29,958 nucleotides of DNA, from IMG/VR virus record IMGVR_UViG_3300022923_000071, positions 1 through 29,958 of that record; one strand, written 5' to 3'. Position 1 is the stretch's first letter. Each line of letters begins with the position of its first letter. A model generated the notes under the pieces. It ran no database searches. It worked only from the letters and a program-made list of their open reading frames with translations, and had not been told where the DNA came from. Shown here piece after piece: positions 9,584 to 19,172 of the stretch. This DNA is from a virus. Lineage: Duplodnaviria; Caudoviricetes. The translations under genes and the position numbers were made by a program.

Positions 9584-9967
9584 ATGGAAATGAAAAGTTT
9601 ATACGAAGTTATTAATATTGACTTAGCACAAGCATATACAAAACAAAGAAAAAAAGACCTAGCGGAAAAATTAGGTTTAGAATCAGAACTTTATAAAGAA
9701 GTTTGTGAAGCAATCGATAGCATGGATATTCCAGAGGCTGACGAACGTCATCATTGGATAAATGTTATTGCGCATTTAGCTTCTGCTGATTTAATTACAC
9801 TAGGAAAAGTACAACCTGAAAACATGGTTCTGATGAGTTCTTTAAGTGAGGAAGATTTTACTGATGCAGTAACTATTGCTGTAAGTAAAGCTAGACAACT
9901 AAATGATCAGACAGTAGCAGCAGAAGCAACACTTAACACAGATACTATTTCAGAAACAATCACCTAA
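9584..9967 (+). CDS. Hypothetical acidic, helical protein (about 127 aa)
   Basis: ATG 9584 lies just after the stop of the 54-aa gene, whereas the track's TTG start at 9560 overlaps that gene. Its stop overlaps the next start (TAATG). Confidence 0.8.
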   Translation: MEMKSLYEVINIDLAQAYTKQRKKDLAEKLGLESELYKEVCEAIDSMDIPEADERHHWINVIAHLASADLITLGKVQPENMVLMSSLSEEDFTDAVTIAVSKARQLNDQTVAAEATLNTDTISETIT

Positions 9968-10542
9968 TGAAATTATCAATATGTGTGCCTGCTCGTGATA
10001 CAGTTCACGCAGGGTTTGCGTTATCATTGGCAAAAATTGCCAAAACTATTGATTGCGAAATACTAATGAATTTAGGTACTGTGATACCTGAACAACGTAA
10101 TCAATTGATAAGCGAATCTTTAGAAAAAGGTTGTACACATATACTGTGGTTAGATAGTGATATGCACTTGCCAGCAAATACCGCAAACATATTATTATCT
10201 CATAACAAAGAAATTGTAGCTGCCAGCTACAGCACACGAATGCCACCTTATCAAAGTGTAGCATTTACAGATCCTAATAATCTTTCAGAAAGGTTAGATG
10301 AAATAGGAGGCTTACACAAAGTTTGGGCAGTCGGCATGGGATGTATGTTAGTAAATACAAAAGTTTACGAATACTTAGAAAAACCTTGGCATCAATATTT
10401 AGAACATAAAGAAACTAAAACACTTATGGGAGAAGATATATATTTCTGCAAGAATGCTAACGATGCCGGATTTGATATTTTTATTGATGCGGATTTAAGT
10501 AAAAAAATTGCCCATTATGGAACAAAGAGTTTTAAATTATGA
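9967..10542 (+). CDS. Glycosyltransferase, GT-A fold, GT2-like
   Basis: N-terminal LSICVPA strand, RNxL motif, THILWLDSDM (DxD), GMGCMLV and GEDIYFC (GED) motifs, and a C-terminal His (HYG). Confidence 0.85.
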   Translation: MKLSICVPARDTVHAGFALSLAKIAKTIDCEILMNLGTVIPEQRNQLISESLEKGCTHILWLDSDMHLPANTANILLSHNKEIVAASYSTRMPPYQSVAFTDPNNLSERLDEIGGLHKVWAVGMGCMLVNTKVYEYLEKPWHQYLEHKETKTLMGEDIYFCKNANDAGFDIFIDADLSKKIAHYGTKSFKL

Positions 10543-13500
10543 GAGCTGTAGACAAGTTTAATAGATATGGACGCACTGTTTACAATGGACAGGATGTTTT
10601 GAAAAATCATTTTTTAAATGGTTATCCAAAACATTATACTAATGATACAATGGACTATAGTATTATAGATCAATATCAAGATTATGATTATGTTTGGATT
10701 GTAGATAAAGACTTAGAAACACTAAGAACATTTCCATGGCATTTTAAGCCTAAGGAACACGGCATCCATTGTTTTCCTTATGTGTACAAGAGAAGTAAAA
10801 GAATATTAAGCTGGGACAAAGTTAAACTTGTTCCTACGAAAAACTTAAACAAACAATATCGTATTGAGCAAAAACATATTTGTGCCAAGTATGATGTGCT
10901 TTGTGGAAAAGAAAGTTTTAATATTTTCTATCAAGGAAATAAATCAGATCAAGAATTTAAAAAATTATCTGAAAAGTTTGCTAGTGCCAAGTGTGTAAAA
11001 AACTATAAAGATGCTCAAAAACAAAGCGAAACAGATATGTTTTGGCTTGTCCCTAATGATGTACAAGTAAGTGAGTTTTTTAAATTTTCCTATATGCCTG
11101 ATGACTGGAGCCAAAAATATGTTCATGTTTTTAGTAACGGAAAAGCAAAAACTAAAGATGGTATAATTCTTGCTCCTAAAAACTATACTCCAAGTAAAAA
11201 AGAACTATCTCATAGATTCTACGCTGAAAAGAAAGACGTAAGCATACTTGCTAGTAAACCTTTACCTTACAAACAAATGAGTTTTAAAGACTATCAACAT
11301 TATTGCGATACTATAGAAACATTAGATGACGACTTAGTATGGTGGATACCACAAGATATTATTGTGGAAGATTCTTTTGATTTAAATTTGTACATAAGTC
11401 ATCATAATCAATATGATAGACAAATAAATCATGTTTATCTAAACGGTGAACATTACGATGGTGTAATGCTGTTGAGTAAACATTGTAAAATTACTGAAAA
11501 AGAATTTAATAATAGATTTTTAGCTGTAAAAAAAGAACACGAGGTGGTAGCAAGCCGTCCAAAAAAGTTTGATACTTTTACAATAAATTCTTATTCTGAT
11601 TACAAACGTGCCTTAGATAATACAACAACTGATATGTTTTGGGGCGTACCAGATGATGTAAATTTAGTAAAAGATTTAGATTTATATTTTTCACATCATA
11701 ATTTATATGACAGAAAAATTACTCATGTTTTCAAAAATAAAGAATCATATGACGGTGTTGTTTTATATAACACCAGCTCTAAACTTACAAAAAAAGAAGT
11801 AGAACATAGGTTTTATACAAAGAAAAAAGAATGGGATGTCGTTTATAGTACTCCTAAAGGTTTTGATTTTTTTGAAATTGATACTTACGAAGACTACTTA
11901 TATGCCAAAGAAAAATCTACAACTGATATGTTTTGGATGTCTAGTCCTCAACTAAGAACATATCAAAAATGTATAGATGAATTTTATATTAGTCATCATA
12001 ATATTATCGATAGGAATCAAGTACACGCATTTGTACATAGCTGCGATGATAAAATTTGTTTTAATGGTGTGTTTCTTATACCAAAAAATCATACCCTTAC
12101 AGAAAATGAAATTTTACATAGACATCCTGTAGTAAGAAAAGAACATAACACAGTATTCAGTGTGCCAGCACCTTATGATTATTTTTTAATCGATTCGTAT
12201 GACGAATATTTACAAGCTATGGAAATGTCTAGAACAGAAATGTTTTGGATGAGTAGCAGAAATATAAACACTTTGGCATTTGATTTTGATTTTGTTTTTA
12301 ACCACACAGACACATACAACAGAAAGGAAAATCATGCATTTATACATGATGTTGATGGAAGGCAATTATACAACGGTTTATTCTTATGTTCAAAACATAA
12401 ACCAGTGTTACAAAAAGAAATAGAATATAGACATTTTATGTTTTGTAAACAACACAACATTGTTGGATCAAAACCTGTAACTTATTCTAGTTTTACAATT
12501 GATACATATGCTGATTATCTGTATGCTTTTGCTAATACTAAAACTGAAATGTTTTGGGGAACATGTAGTCATTTAGAAACAGCACACGATTTCAAATTTG
12601 ATACATATTTTAGTCACGACAATATATTTGATAGAGAATGCAATCATGCTTTTATAAATCAAGGCGAAGATTCATGTGCATACAATGGTTATTTTTTGTT
12701 TAGTAAACATGCTCCAGTTACTGAAAAAGAAATTAAACATAGATTTTTAGTAAACGCTAAAGAACATTATAAAGTTGCTAGTAAGAATAAATCGTATGAT
12801 ATTTTCCATGTAGACTCGTATGATGAATATTTACAAGCAATGGATACGTCAAGTACAGAATTATTTTGGGCAATTAGTAGAAATTGTAATACAGACGTAT
12901 ACGATTTTAGTTTAACATTTGATTGGAATAACGAATATGACAGAAATGAAAATCATAGTTTTATTCATCAAGTAAACGGGTTTCCTTATAGGAATGCTGT
13001 ATTTTTATTAAGTAAACATAAACCAGTAACAAAAAAAGAAATTGAATTCAAGCACTTAGCAAGTTGTAAAGAATGGGATATTGTAGCAAGCCAAGAATGT
13101 GTATATGACGAGTTTATTATTGAAACTTATTCTCATTATTTAGATGCTTTAGAAAACAGTAACACCGAACTGTTTTATGGATATACAAAGAATATTGATA
13201 CTACGGCTTTTGACTTTGATCTTTATTTTACACATGATAATGAATTTGATCGAAAAATTAACCATACATTCGTACACGAAGTAGATGGCAAACATTTTAG
13301 AAATGGTTTATTTTTATATAGTAAACACGCTCCAGTAACTGAAAAAGAAATAGAATATAGGCATATTGTAAATGCTAAACACTGGAACGACATTGGTAGT
13401 AAAAAAGTTCAGTATGATAGATTTGTTGTAAACAATTATTCTGATTATTTGAAAGCATTAGATACAACTGAAACTGAAATGTTTTGGGCAATTCCTAGTG

Positions 13501-15020
13501 ATGTAGAAGTTGAACTTTCTTTTAAATTTGATCAATACTTTACGCATGACAATGAATACGATAGAAAGATAAACCATATTTTTAAAAATGGTGAGTTCTG
13601 GGATGGTGTAGCACTTATGTCAACACATGCTCCTGTGACACAACAAGAAGTTGAACACAGATGGTATGCTAACAGAAAGAAACATGATATTGTTGCTAGT
13701 ATACCAAAAGCATTTCCTGTGTTTAACATACAAACTTACAATGATTATTTAAAAGCATTTGACGAATCTAAATCTAATATGTTTTGGGGAACAACTCCTA
13801 ACATAAAAATAAATGAAGATTTTGATATGAGTATGTATATAGATATACACAACAGTTATGACAGAACAATCAATCATGCTTTTAAACACAAAGCAAATGG
13901 AAAAGAAACCTATAATGGATTATTTTTATTTACAAAACACGCACCGTTAACACAAAAAGAAATAGAATACAGAACCATAGCTAGGCGCAAAGAATGGGAT
14001 ATTGTAGCCTCTAGTGCTGTTGTATATGATAGATTTACTATTAACACTTACAAAGATTACTTAAGAGCAATTGACACTAGCAAAACTGAAATGCTATGGA
14101 TCATACCAAAAGAAGTCACTGTTTCAAAAGATTTCAAATTTGATCTATATTTTACTCATGATCAACAATTTGAAAGACAAACAAATCACGTGTTTAAAAA
14201 TGGCAATGCTTGGGACGGTATTAGTTTAGTACCTAAACATCAACAACTTACTGAACGCGAAATTAAAATGCGATTTTTAGCAAATAAAAAACAATATGAT
14301 GTTCAAGCAAGTCAGCCAGAACCTTACGATATTGTATACATAAGTAAAGATGAAGAATACGCTGATATTAATTATAAAAACATATTAGAAAAATTTCCAA
14401 GAACAAAACGTATTCACGGTGTTGAAGGTATTCATCAAGCACACATTGAGGCAGCAAAATTGTGTTCAACTGATATGATTTGGATTATTGATGCCGATGC
14501 TGAGATAGTAGATAATTTTAACTTTGATTATTATATACCTACATATGATCCAGATAGTAAAAGAACAGTTCATGTTTGGAAATCAAAAAATCCAATAAAC
14601 GGATTAATTTACGGATATGGCGCTGTCAAACTTTTGCCACGAGATTTAACACTTAATATGGACACTAACAAGCCTGATATGACAACAAGTATAAGTCCGC
14701 TATTTAAAACTATTAATCAAATAAGTAATATAACAAAATTTAACACAGACGAGTTTAGCACATGGCGTAGTGCTTTTAGAGAATGTGTAAAACTTAGTTC
14801 ACGAGCAATAGACGGACAATTAGACGAAGAAACCGAGTTTAGATTAAATGCTTGGTGTAGTAGAGGAAAAGACAAACAGTTTGGAGATGCTGCGATTAAC
14901 GGTGCTAATCACGGCAAAAAATATGGCGAATACGCTGCTAACAATCAAGAAAAACTTTACAAAATTAATGATTACAAATGGCTACGCAATCAATTTGATA
15001 AGTTCAAAAACAGTTTGTAA
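10539..15020 (+). CDS. 1493-aa protein of about 13 tandem GT-A-like units; the C-terminal unit is an apparently intact glycosyltransferase-like domain
   Basis: A roughly 100-aa unit (TY.DY..A...S.T(D/E)MFW...F.FD.YF.H.N.YDR..NH.F....(Y/W)(N/D)G..L.SKH...T.KE...R) recurs. The last unit, YDIVYIS...GVEGIHQAHIEAAKLCSTDMIWIIDADA, keeps the DxD (14490-14498). ATGA overlap with the GT2 gene. Confidence 0.8.
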   Translation: MRAVDKFNRYGRTVYNGQDVLKNHFLNGYPKHYTNDTMDYSIIDQYQDYDYVWIVDKDLETLRTFPWHFKPKEHGIHCFPYVYKRSKRILSWDKVKLVPTKNLNKQYRIEQKHICAKYDVLCGKESFNIFYQGNKSDQEFKKLSEKFASAKCVKNYKDAQKQSETDMFWLVPNDVQVSEFFKFSYMPDDWSQKYVHVFSNGKAKTKDGIILAPKNYTPSKKELSHRFYAEKKDVSILASKPLPYKQMSFKDYQHYCDTIETLDDDLVWWIPQDIIVEDSFDLNLYISHHNQYDRQINHVYLNGEHYDGVMLLSKHCKITEKEFNNRFLAVKKEHEVVASRPKKFDTFTINSYSDYKRALDNTTTDMFWGVPDDVNLVKDLDLYFSHHNLYDRKITHVFKNKESYDGVVLYNTSSKLTKKEVEHRFYTKKKEWDVVYSTPKGFDFFEIDTYEDYLYAKEKSTTDMFWMSSPQLRTYQKCIDEFYISHHNIIDRNQVHAFVHSCDDKICFNGVFLIPKNHTLTENEILHRHPVVRKEHNTVFSVPAPYDYFLIDSYDEYLQAMEMSRTEMFWMSSRNINTLAFDFDFVFNHTDTYNRKENHAFIHDVDGRQLYNGLFLCSKHKPVLQKEIEYRHFMFCKQHNIVGSKPVTYSSFTIDTYADYLYAFANTKTEMFWGTCSHLETAHDFKFDTYFSHDNIFDRECNHAFINQGEDSCAYNGYFLFSKHAPVTEKEIKHRFLVNAKEHYKVASKNKSYDIFHVDSYDEYLQAMDTSSTELFWAISRNCNTDVYDFSLTFDWNNEYDRNENHSFIHQVNGFPYRNAVFLLSKHKPVTKKEIEFKHLASCKEWDIVASQECVYDEFIIETYSHYLDALENSNTELFYGYTKNIDTTAFDFDLYFTHDNEFDRKINHTFVHEVDGKHFRNGLFLYSKHAPVTEKEIEYRHIVNAKHWNDIGSKKVQYDRFVVNNYSDYLKALDTTETEMFWAIPSDVEVELSFKFDQYFTHDNEYDRKINHIFKNGEFWDGVALMSTHAPVTQQEVEHRWYANRKKHDIVASIPKAFPVFNIQTYNDYLKAFDESKSNMFWGTTPNIKINEDFDMSMYIDIHNSYDRTINHAFKHKANGKETYNGLFLFTKHAPLTQKEIEYRTIARRKEWDIVASSAVVYDRFTINTYKDYLRAIDTSKTEMLWIIPKEVTVSKDFKFDLYFTHDQQFERQTNHVFKNGNAWDGISLVPKHQQLTEREIKMRFLANKKQYDVQASQPEPYDIVYISKDEEYADINYKNILEKFPRTKRIHGVEGIHQAHIEAAKLCSTDMIWIIDADAEIVDNFNFDYYIPTYDPDSKRTVHVWKSKNPINGLIYGYGAVKLLPRDLTLNMDTNKPDMTTSISPLFKTINQISNITKFNTDEFSTWRSAFRECVKLSSRAIDGQLDEETEFRLNAWCSRGKDKQFGDAAINGANHGKKYGEYAANNQEKLYKINDYKWLRNQFDKFKNSL

Positions 15021-15416
15021 TTTTTGTTGATTTGTTTTACTCTTTAAAGTATTATTCAAACCTTGGTGTAATGGCTTAGGCCATTTTCCAAAACTTACCC
15101 AAGCGTAGCCGTCGTGTTCATTGTTTAATTGGGGTATAAATTCTTCATTTACAACACAAAGATATGTATGAAATTTAAAATGTTCATCATTACTAATAAA
15201 TGTTTCTAACGGAATTGCCTTTTTTACATCAGGCATAAATCCAATTTCTTCTTCAATTTCTCTTTGTAAGCCTTTCCAAGGAGTTTCTAAATCTTCATTT
15301 GTTCCGCCAACTAATCCCCATACATTATTTTGTCGACTTTTACATCTATGTAAAAGTAAAAATCTACTAGACTTTAAAGTATAAAAAAGTGCGCCACTAC
15401 AAACTATGTTCTTCAT
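14982..15416 (-). CDS. Nudix hydrolase
   Basis: Canonical Nudix box G-TNEDL-E-TPWKGLQ-REIEEEIG (GX5EX7REUXEEXG), plus a downstream EHDGYAW motif. Confidence 0.92.
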   Translation of the reverse strand: MKNIVCSGALFYTLKSSRFLLLHRCKSRQNNVWGLVGGTNEDLETPWKGLQREIEEEIGFMPDVKKAIPLETFISNDEHFKFHTYLCVVNEEFIPQLNNEHDGYAWVSFGKWPKPLHQGLNNTLKSKTNQQKLQTVFELIKLIA

Positions 15417-15424
15417 ATATATAG

Positions 15425-16915
15425 TTATGGATCAAGTAGTACTAGCCATGTTCCATGTGAATATTCACCTTCGTATGCTTGAATCCACTCTTCGCCAGTC
15501 CATGTATAAATTACACCTGTTGCTAAGTTCTTTTGATTAACACCGTTAGTGCTATCTGTTGAATCAATTACTGTGTGCCATCTAGCACCATCCCATTCTA
15601 TTACATCATTAGCGTTTGCTACAAAGTCAGTGCCGTCGTTATTTTTCCAAGCGTCAGGCCCGTCATAAACATAGTTGTACGGTGTATCTCCTACATTTCC
15701 TCCTACATTTTCACTATTGTTTATAGGATCTAATACTAAAATTCTAAAACCTGCTACTTTATCTTCGGTAGGATTGTATTTTTGTGGTTCTACAATTTTG
15801 TCAAAACTAGTGTAAGAATTAGCATTTCTTGCTGGTCCTGAAATAACATCTCCAGTTGGTAATGTATCACTATCCCAAGAAATAGTAAGTTTTGTTTCAT
15901 CTAATGGATTTATAGTTATATAACCTACAATGTAAGATCCTGTTACAGTTTGTAATCTAATTTGACTTAATCCAGCAGTGTATGTACCTGGATAAGTTTC
16001 TATAACATTACGCCAGTTTACTTTTCCTACTACAGATCTGTCTACTAATTGTGCTGTAGTGCCAATAACATACAATCCATAATTTTTAAATGTTGCTGCT
16101 ATTGTACCTCGTGTATCTAAGTTAGCAGTGATATCTGTTTTAGTAGCAGGATCACTGTTGATGCTTGTTGTTTTAGTAAGTGGGATAGGTGTTTCAGCAT
16201 ACGCTTCTAATGTAGGCATAGATTGTCCTAAGTCAACAGTGCCTTTTGTTTCGTCAAAAATGTTTGCTACAATTTGTGTAATTACGCCAAGTTTTTTAAC
16301 TTTAGTTGGTGGTGATATAAATATTGGAGTGCTAAAGGAAAGTGTGCCTACGTCTATTTCGCTATCTACTCCAATAGGCTGTGTTCTATTACTAAACATA
16401 ATTTGTTCTAAATATACAGTAGTCAAACTAGTCCAATCAATATAATTATCAGTAGTTTGTATTTCCAAACTAGGATTAAACATCATTAATATTTGCTCCA
16501 TAATTTGTAATTTTTGATCCGTATTACTACTCCATATATCAAGGTTTACTCTAAGCAAATACGGAGTTGGCATTAATCTTTCTACAGTATAATTTTTACC
16601 TTGTGTGTTTAAATATTCTTCTCCGGCTTCGTTATATGCTCGTTCTCTTATGTTTACCTTTTCTACATAACTAGCATCAGCAAGACGTTCTCTATCAAGT
16701 TCTAGTCCTGTTATATAAACTGCCATTCTTGGCACACTAGGAAGTTTGTTTTCGCTATTATCTTTAATTATGTTAGCAACTTGCCTTGTTAAATCTCCGT
16801 AAGCTACTGGAATAGATTTTTCGGTACCGCTGCCATCTTTGTATTTGAACCCACTAATTAATCTAATTATTTGTGTTAAATATCTTTTAACTTGTCCGTC
16901 ATAAAAATGTTGCAT
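15425..16915 (-). CDS. gp15: Tail terminator / sheath stabiliser (T4 gp15-like) with C-terminal extension
   Basis: N-terminus HFYDGQVKRY...IPVAYG...PRMAVYITGLELD...PTPYLLRVNLDIW...QIMEQILMMFNP matches the gp15 family pattern. It lies next to gp14 and gp13. Confidence 0.8.
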   Translation of the reverse strand: MQHFYDGQVKRYLTQIIRLISGFKYKDGSGTEKSIPVAYGDLTRQVANIIKDNSENKLPSVPRMAVYITGLELDRERLADASYVEKVNIRERAYNEAGEEYLNTQGKNYTVERLMPTPYLLRVNLDIWSSNTDQKLQIMEQILMMFNPSLEIQTTDNYIDWTSLTTVYLEQIMFSNRTQPIGVDSEIDVGTLSFSTPIFISPPTKVKKLGVITQIVANIFDETKGTVDLGQSMPTLEAYAETPIPLTKTTSINSDPATKTDITANLDTRGTIAATFKNYGLYVIGTTAQLVDRSVVGKVNWRNVIETYPGTYTAGLSQIRLQTVTGSYIVGYITINPLDETKLTISWDSDTLPTGDVISGPARNANSYTSFDKIVEPQKYNPTEDKVAGFRILVLDPINNSENVGGNVGDTPYNYVYDGPDAWKNNDGTDFVANANDVIEWDGARWHTVIDSTDSTNGVNQKNLATGVIYTWTGEEWIQAYEGEYSHGTWLVLLDP

Positions 16916-18072
16916 TAATTATCTGCCTTTGCTCGTAATGCTTTTGACAAACTTTGTCTTTCAATAACTTGTTCGCCGCCGATACTTGATGTAGTAGTAT
17001 TATTAATAAAGGAAGTTTTTTGTGTTGAACGTGTATTTGTATTTGTAAGAGTCATTCGTACACCATCTTCAACTTTCAGCCAGCGTGAACCATCATACCT
17101 AAACAATCTATTAGGCATCATATCAGTTCGTAAAAAATAATCACCGTTAACATTTACACTTGGAAATGTTATGCCACTACCAAACGATTCGCCATTTGGA
17201 GCAATATTATCACCTAGTAAATATCCTTGATATCCTTCTCGAGTAGGAGTTTGAGAAATACGATCTACTAATAATCCTTGTTGCGAAGCATCAAGTGTTG
17301 TAATATCTGTTGTTACTAATTCCGGAGTGCCAGCGGCATCTACTTGTAACGTATAAAGATTTGAAGTATCATAACCTGACTTAGCAGCATCAGCTTCTGC
17401 TTTGGCAACTATAGCATTATTGATATTCATTTCAGTTTCAAATGTACTTAATACATCACGTAATGTATTATCAGCATCATCTCCTGCTGGTAAATCTAAT
17501 ATGTCACTAAATTCTTGTCCGTCGTATATTTGTTTTAATTTTACACGATATAAGTGTGGATACCAAGTTTGTGAAAACCCTTCTGCTGCTCTATTAACAT
17601 CTTCTACTACATAAAAACGTTTTAATGCTACACTGTAATCATTTAGCGCATATTCGTCTAATAAATGAGGAAACTCTATAACATCGCCACTTAATATTTT
17701 TCTACCTAATGTTTTAACACTACTATTAATATGTATAGTCATAAACAAAGTATCGTTTTGTAAAAATAATCCAAACTGGCTTAAATTAAAATCTGTATCA
17801 CTTACATTGTATATAGCACGTAATGTGTAAATATCAGGGTCATATTTTCTATCTCTGTTTTCTAAGAACACTAAATCTTGGATATTAGTTTCAGCAACAG
17901 CATCATATTGCGGTTGATCTGGAGTAGCATCAGATTCGTTAGGATTTTTTGGACCAAGGTATTTGTGTATGTTAATATCAGTGCCGCCAATACTGAATTG
18001 TTCATAGATAACTTTATCTAAAAATTCATAATCGGCTGTTTTGTTTGGTCTATATAATGATAAGCGTGGCAT
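16915..18072 (-). CDS. gp14: Neck / head-closure protein (T4 gp14-like)
   Basis: EQFSIGGTDINIHKY, LSQFGLFLQNDTLFMTI and GDVIEFPH motifs resemble gp14, and the gene lies between gp13 and gp15. The start is placed at MPRLSLY (18072), directly after a late-promoter motif. Confidence 0.7.
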   Translation of the reverse strand: MPRLSLYRPNKTADYEFLDKVIYEQFSIGGTDINIHKYLGPKNPNESDATPDQPQYDAVAETNIQDLVFLENRDRKYDPDIYTLRAIYNVSDTDFNLSQFGLFLQNDTLFMTIHINSSVKTLGRKILSGDVIEFPHLLDEYALNDYSVALKRFYVVEDVNRAAEGFSQTWYPHLYRVKLKQIYDGQEFSDILDLPAGDDADNTLRDVLSTFETEMNINNAIVAKAEADAAKSGYDTSNLYTLQVDAAGTPELVTTDITTLDASQQGLLVDRISQTPTREGYQGYLLGDNIAPNGESFGSGITFPSVNVNGDYFLRTDMMPNRLFRYDGSRWLKVEDGVRMTLTNTNTRSTQKTSFINNTTTSSIGGEQVIERQSLSKALRAKADN

Positions 18073-18077
18073 ACGTA

Positions 18078-18092
18078 TATTTAGCATAAATA
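18078..18092. promoter_or_regulatory. Back-to-back divergent late promoters (TAAATA on both strands)
   Basis: TATTTA-GCA-TAAATA inverted repeat in the 36-nt gap between the gp14 and gp13 starts. It resembles the T4 gp55 late consensus TATAAATA. Confidence 0.75.
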
Positions 18093-18108
18093 CTATTGGA
18101 GATTAATA

Positions 18109-18867
18109 ATGGCAGATCTAGTAACACAAAAACAAGAAATATTTGATTATGTAAACGCTTTCCTTGGAGGCGGCATGGTTGATGTAGAGTTAGATCCTAT
18201 ACATTATGAAAGTGCTTTAACAAAAGCTCTATCAAAGTATAGACAACGAACAGAGCATAGTGTAGAAGAAAGTTTTGTATCGCTAGAACTCGAAGAAGAT
18301 AGAAACAGTTATACGTTACCGCACGAAATTGAAGAAGTAAGACAAATTTATAGACGTAGTGTTGGCTCACGTACTGGCGGTGGCGATGGCGGAAGTTTGT
18401 TTGAACCTTTTAATTTGGCATACACAAATACATATTTGTTAGCAGCCAGTGGTGTTGGTGGTTTAGCTTCTTACGAATTATTTGCGCAAAGACAAGAATT
18501 AGTTGGACGTATGTTTGGTAGCTATATAGAATTTACTTGGAATAGTTCAACAAAATTATTAACAATTTTACAACGTCCTAGAGCACAAGAAGAAGTGCTA
18601 TTATGGTGTTACAATTATCGTCCAGATAACCAATTATTAGCTGATTACAAAGCAAAACAATGGATAAAAGATTATACACTTGCTGGATGTAAATACATGC
18701 TAGGCGAAGCTCGTGAAAAGTTTGCCACTATAGCAGGCCCTCAAGGCGGAACTAGTCTAAACGGAGCAAGTCTCAAAGCTGAAGCACAAGCTGAGATGGA
18801 AAAATTAGATGCCGAAGTAGCACTTTCTTTAGCTGGCGGAACTGGCTATGGATTTGTTATAGGTTAA
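18109..18867 (+). CDS. gp13: Neck / head-tail adaptor protein (T4 gp13-like)
   Basis: LGGGMVDVELD...AL..YRQ at the N-terminus and WIKDYTLA..K..LGE.R.KF...GPQGG..LNG..LK.EA..E.EKL at the C-terminus. GGAG RBS upstream. Confidence 0.85.
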   Translation: MADLVTQKQEIFDYVNAFLGGGMVDVELDPIHYESALTKALSKYRQRTEHSVEESFVSLELEEDRNSYTLPHEIEEVRQIYRRSVGSRTGGGDGGSLFEPFNLAYTNTYLLAASGVGGLASYELFAQRQELVGRMFGSYIEFTWNSSTKLLTILQRPRAQEEVLLWCYNYRPDNQLLADYKAKQWIKDYTLAGCKYMLGEAREKFATIAGPQGGTSLNGASLKAEAQAEMEKLDAEVALSLAGGTGYGFVIG

Positions 18868-19139
18868 AGATCGTTGTCATGTATGTACAACTGAATTAAA
18901 GCATAGTGAAGAACTTTCATTAAATCTTTCCTATGATCATCCTTAGTGCCTTTTTTGCCATATCGATTAGAATACTTGTCTACATTGCCCATACAAAATC
19001 CGGTACCGTGACCACGCTCTATGATTACTTCGGTTGATTGAAATTTATTTTGCGAATAATGACCTTTGTATGTAGAATCAATATATTCTTTGAATTCTGC
19101 TATAAGATTATCTTCGTTAAACTTATAATCAATTGCCAT
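18864..19139 (-). CDS. DUF3310-family protein (T7 gp1.7 / SaV-like domain)
   Basis: HY...GFCMGNVDKYSNRYGKKG...DLMKVLHY signature. GGAG RBS upstream. Confidence 0.8.
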   Translation of the reverse strand: MAIDYKFNEDNLIAEFKEYIDSTYKGHYSQNKFQSTEVIIERGHGTGFCMGNVDKYSNRYGKKGTKDDHRKDLMKVLHYALIQLYIHDNDL

Positions 19140-19172
19140 TTTTGCGCTACTCCGTAAATATTAATTTATACT

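Noticed and set aside
10539-15020. Repeats as a CRISPR array or DGR template/variable repeats
   Set aside because: Similarity is at protein level only with heavy nucleotide divergence. There are no identical direct repeats with spacers, no adenine-specific mismatch pair and no reverse transcriptase in the window.
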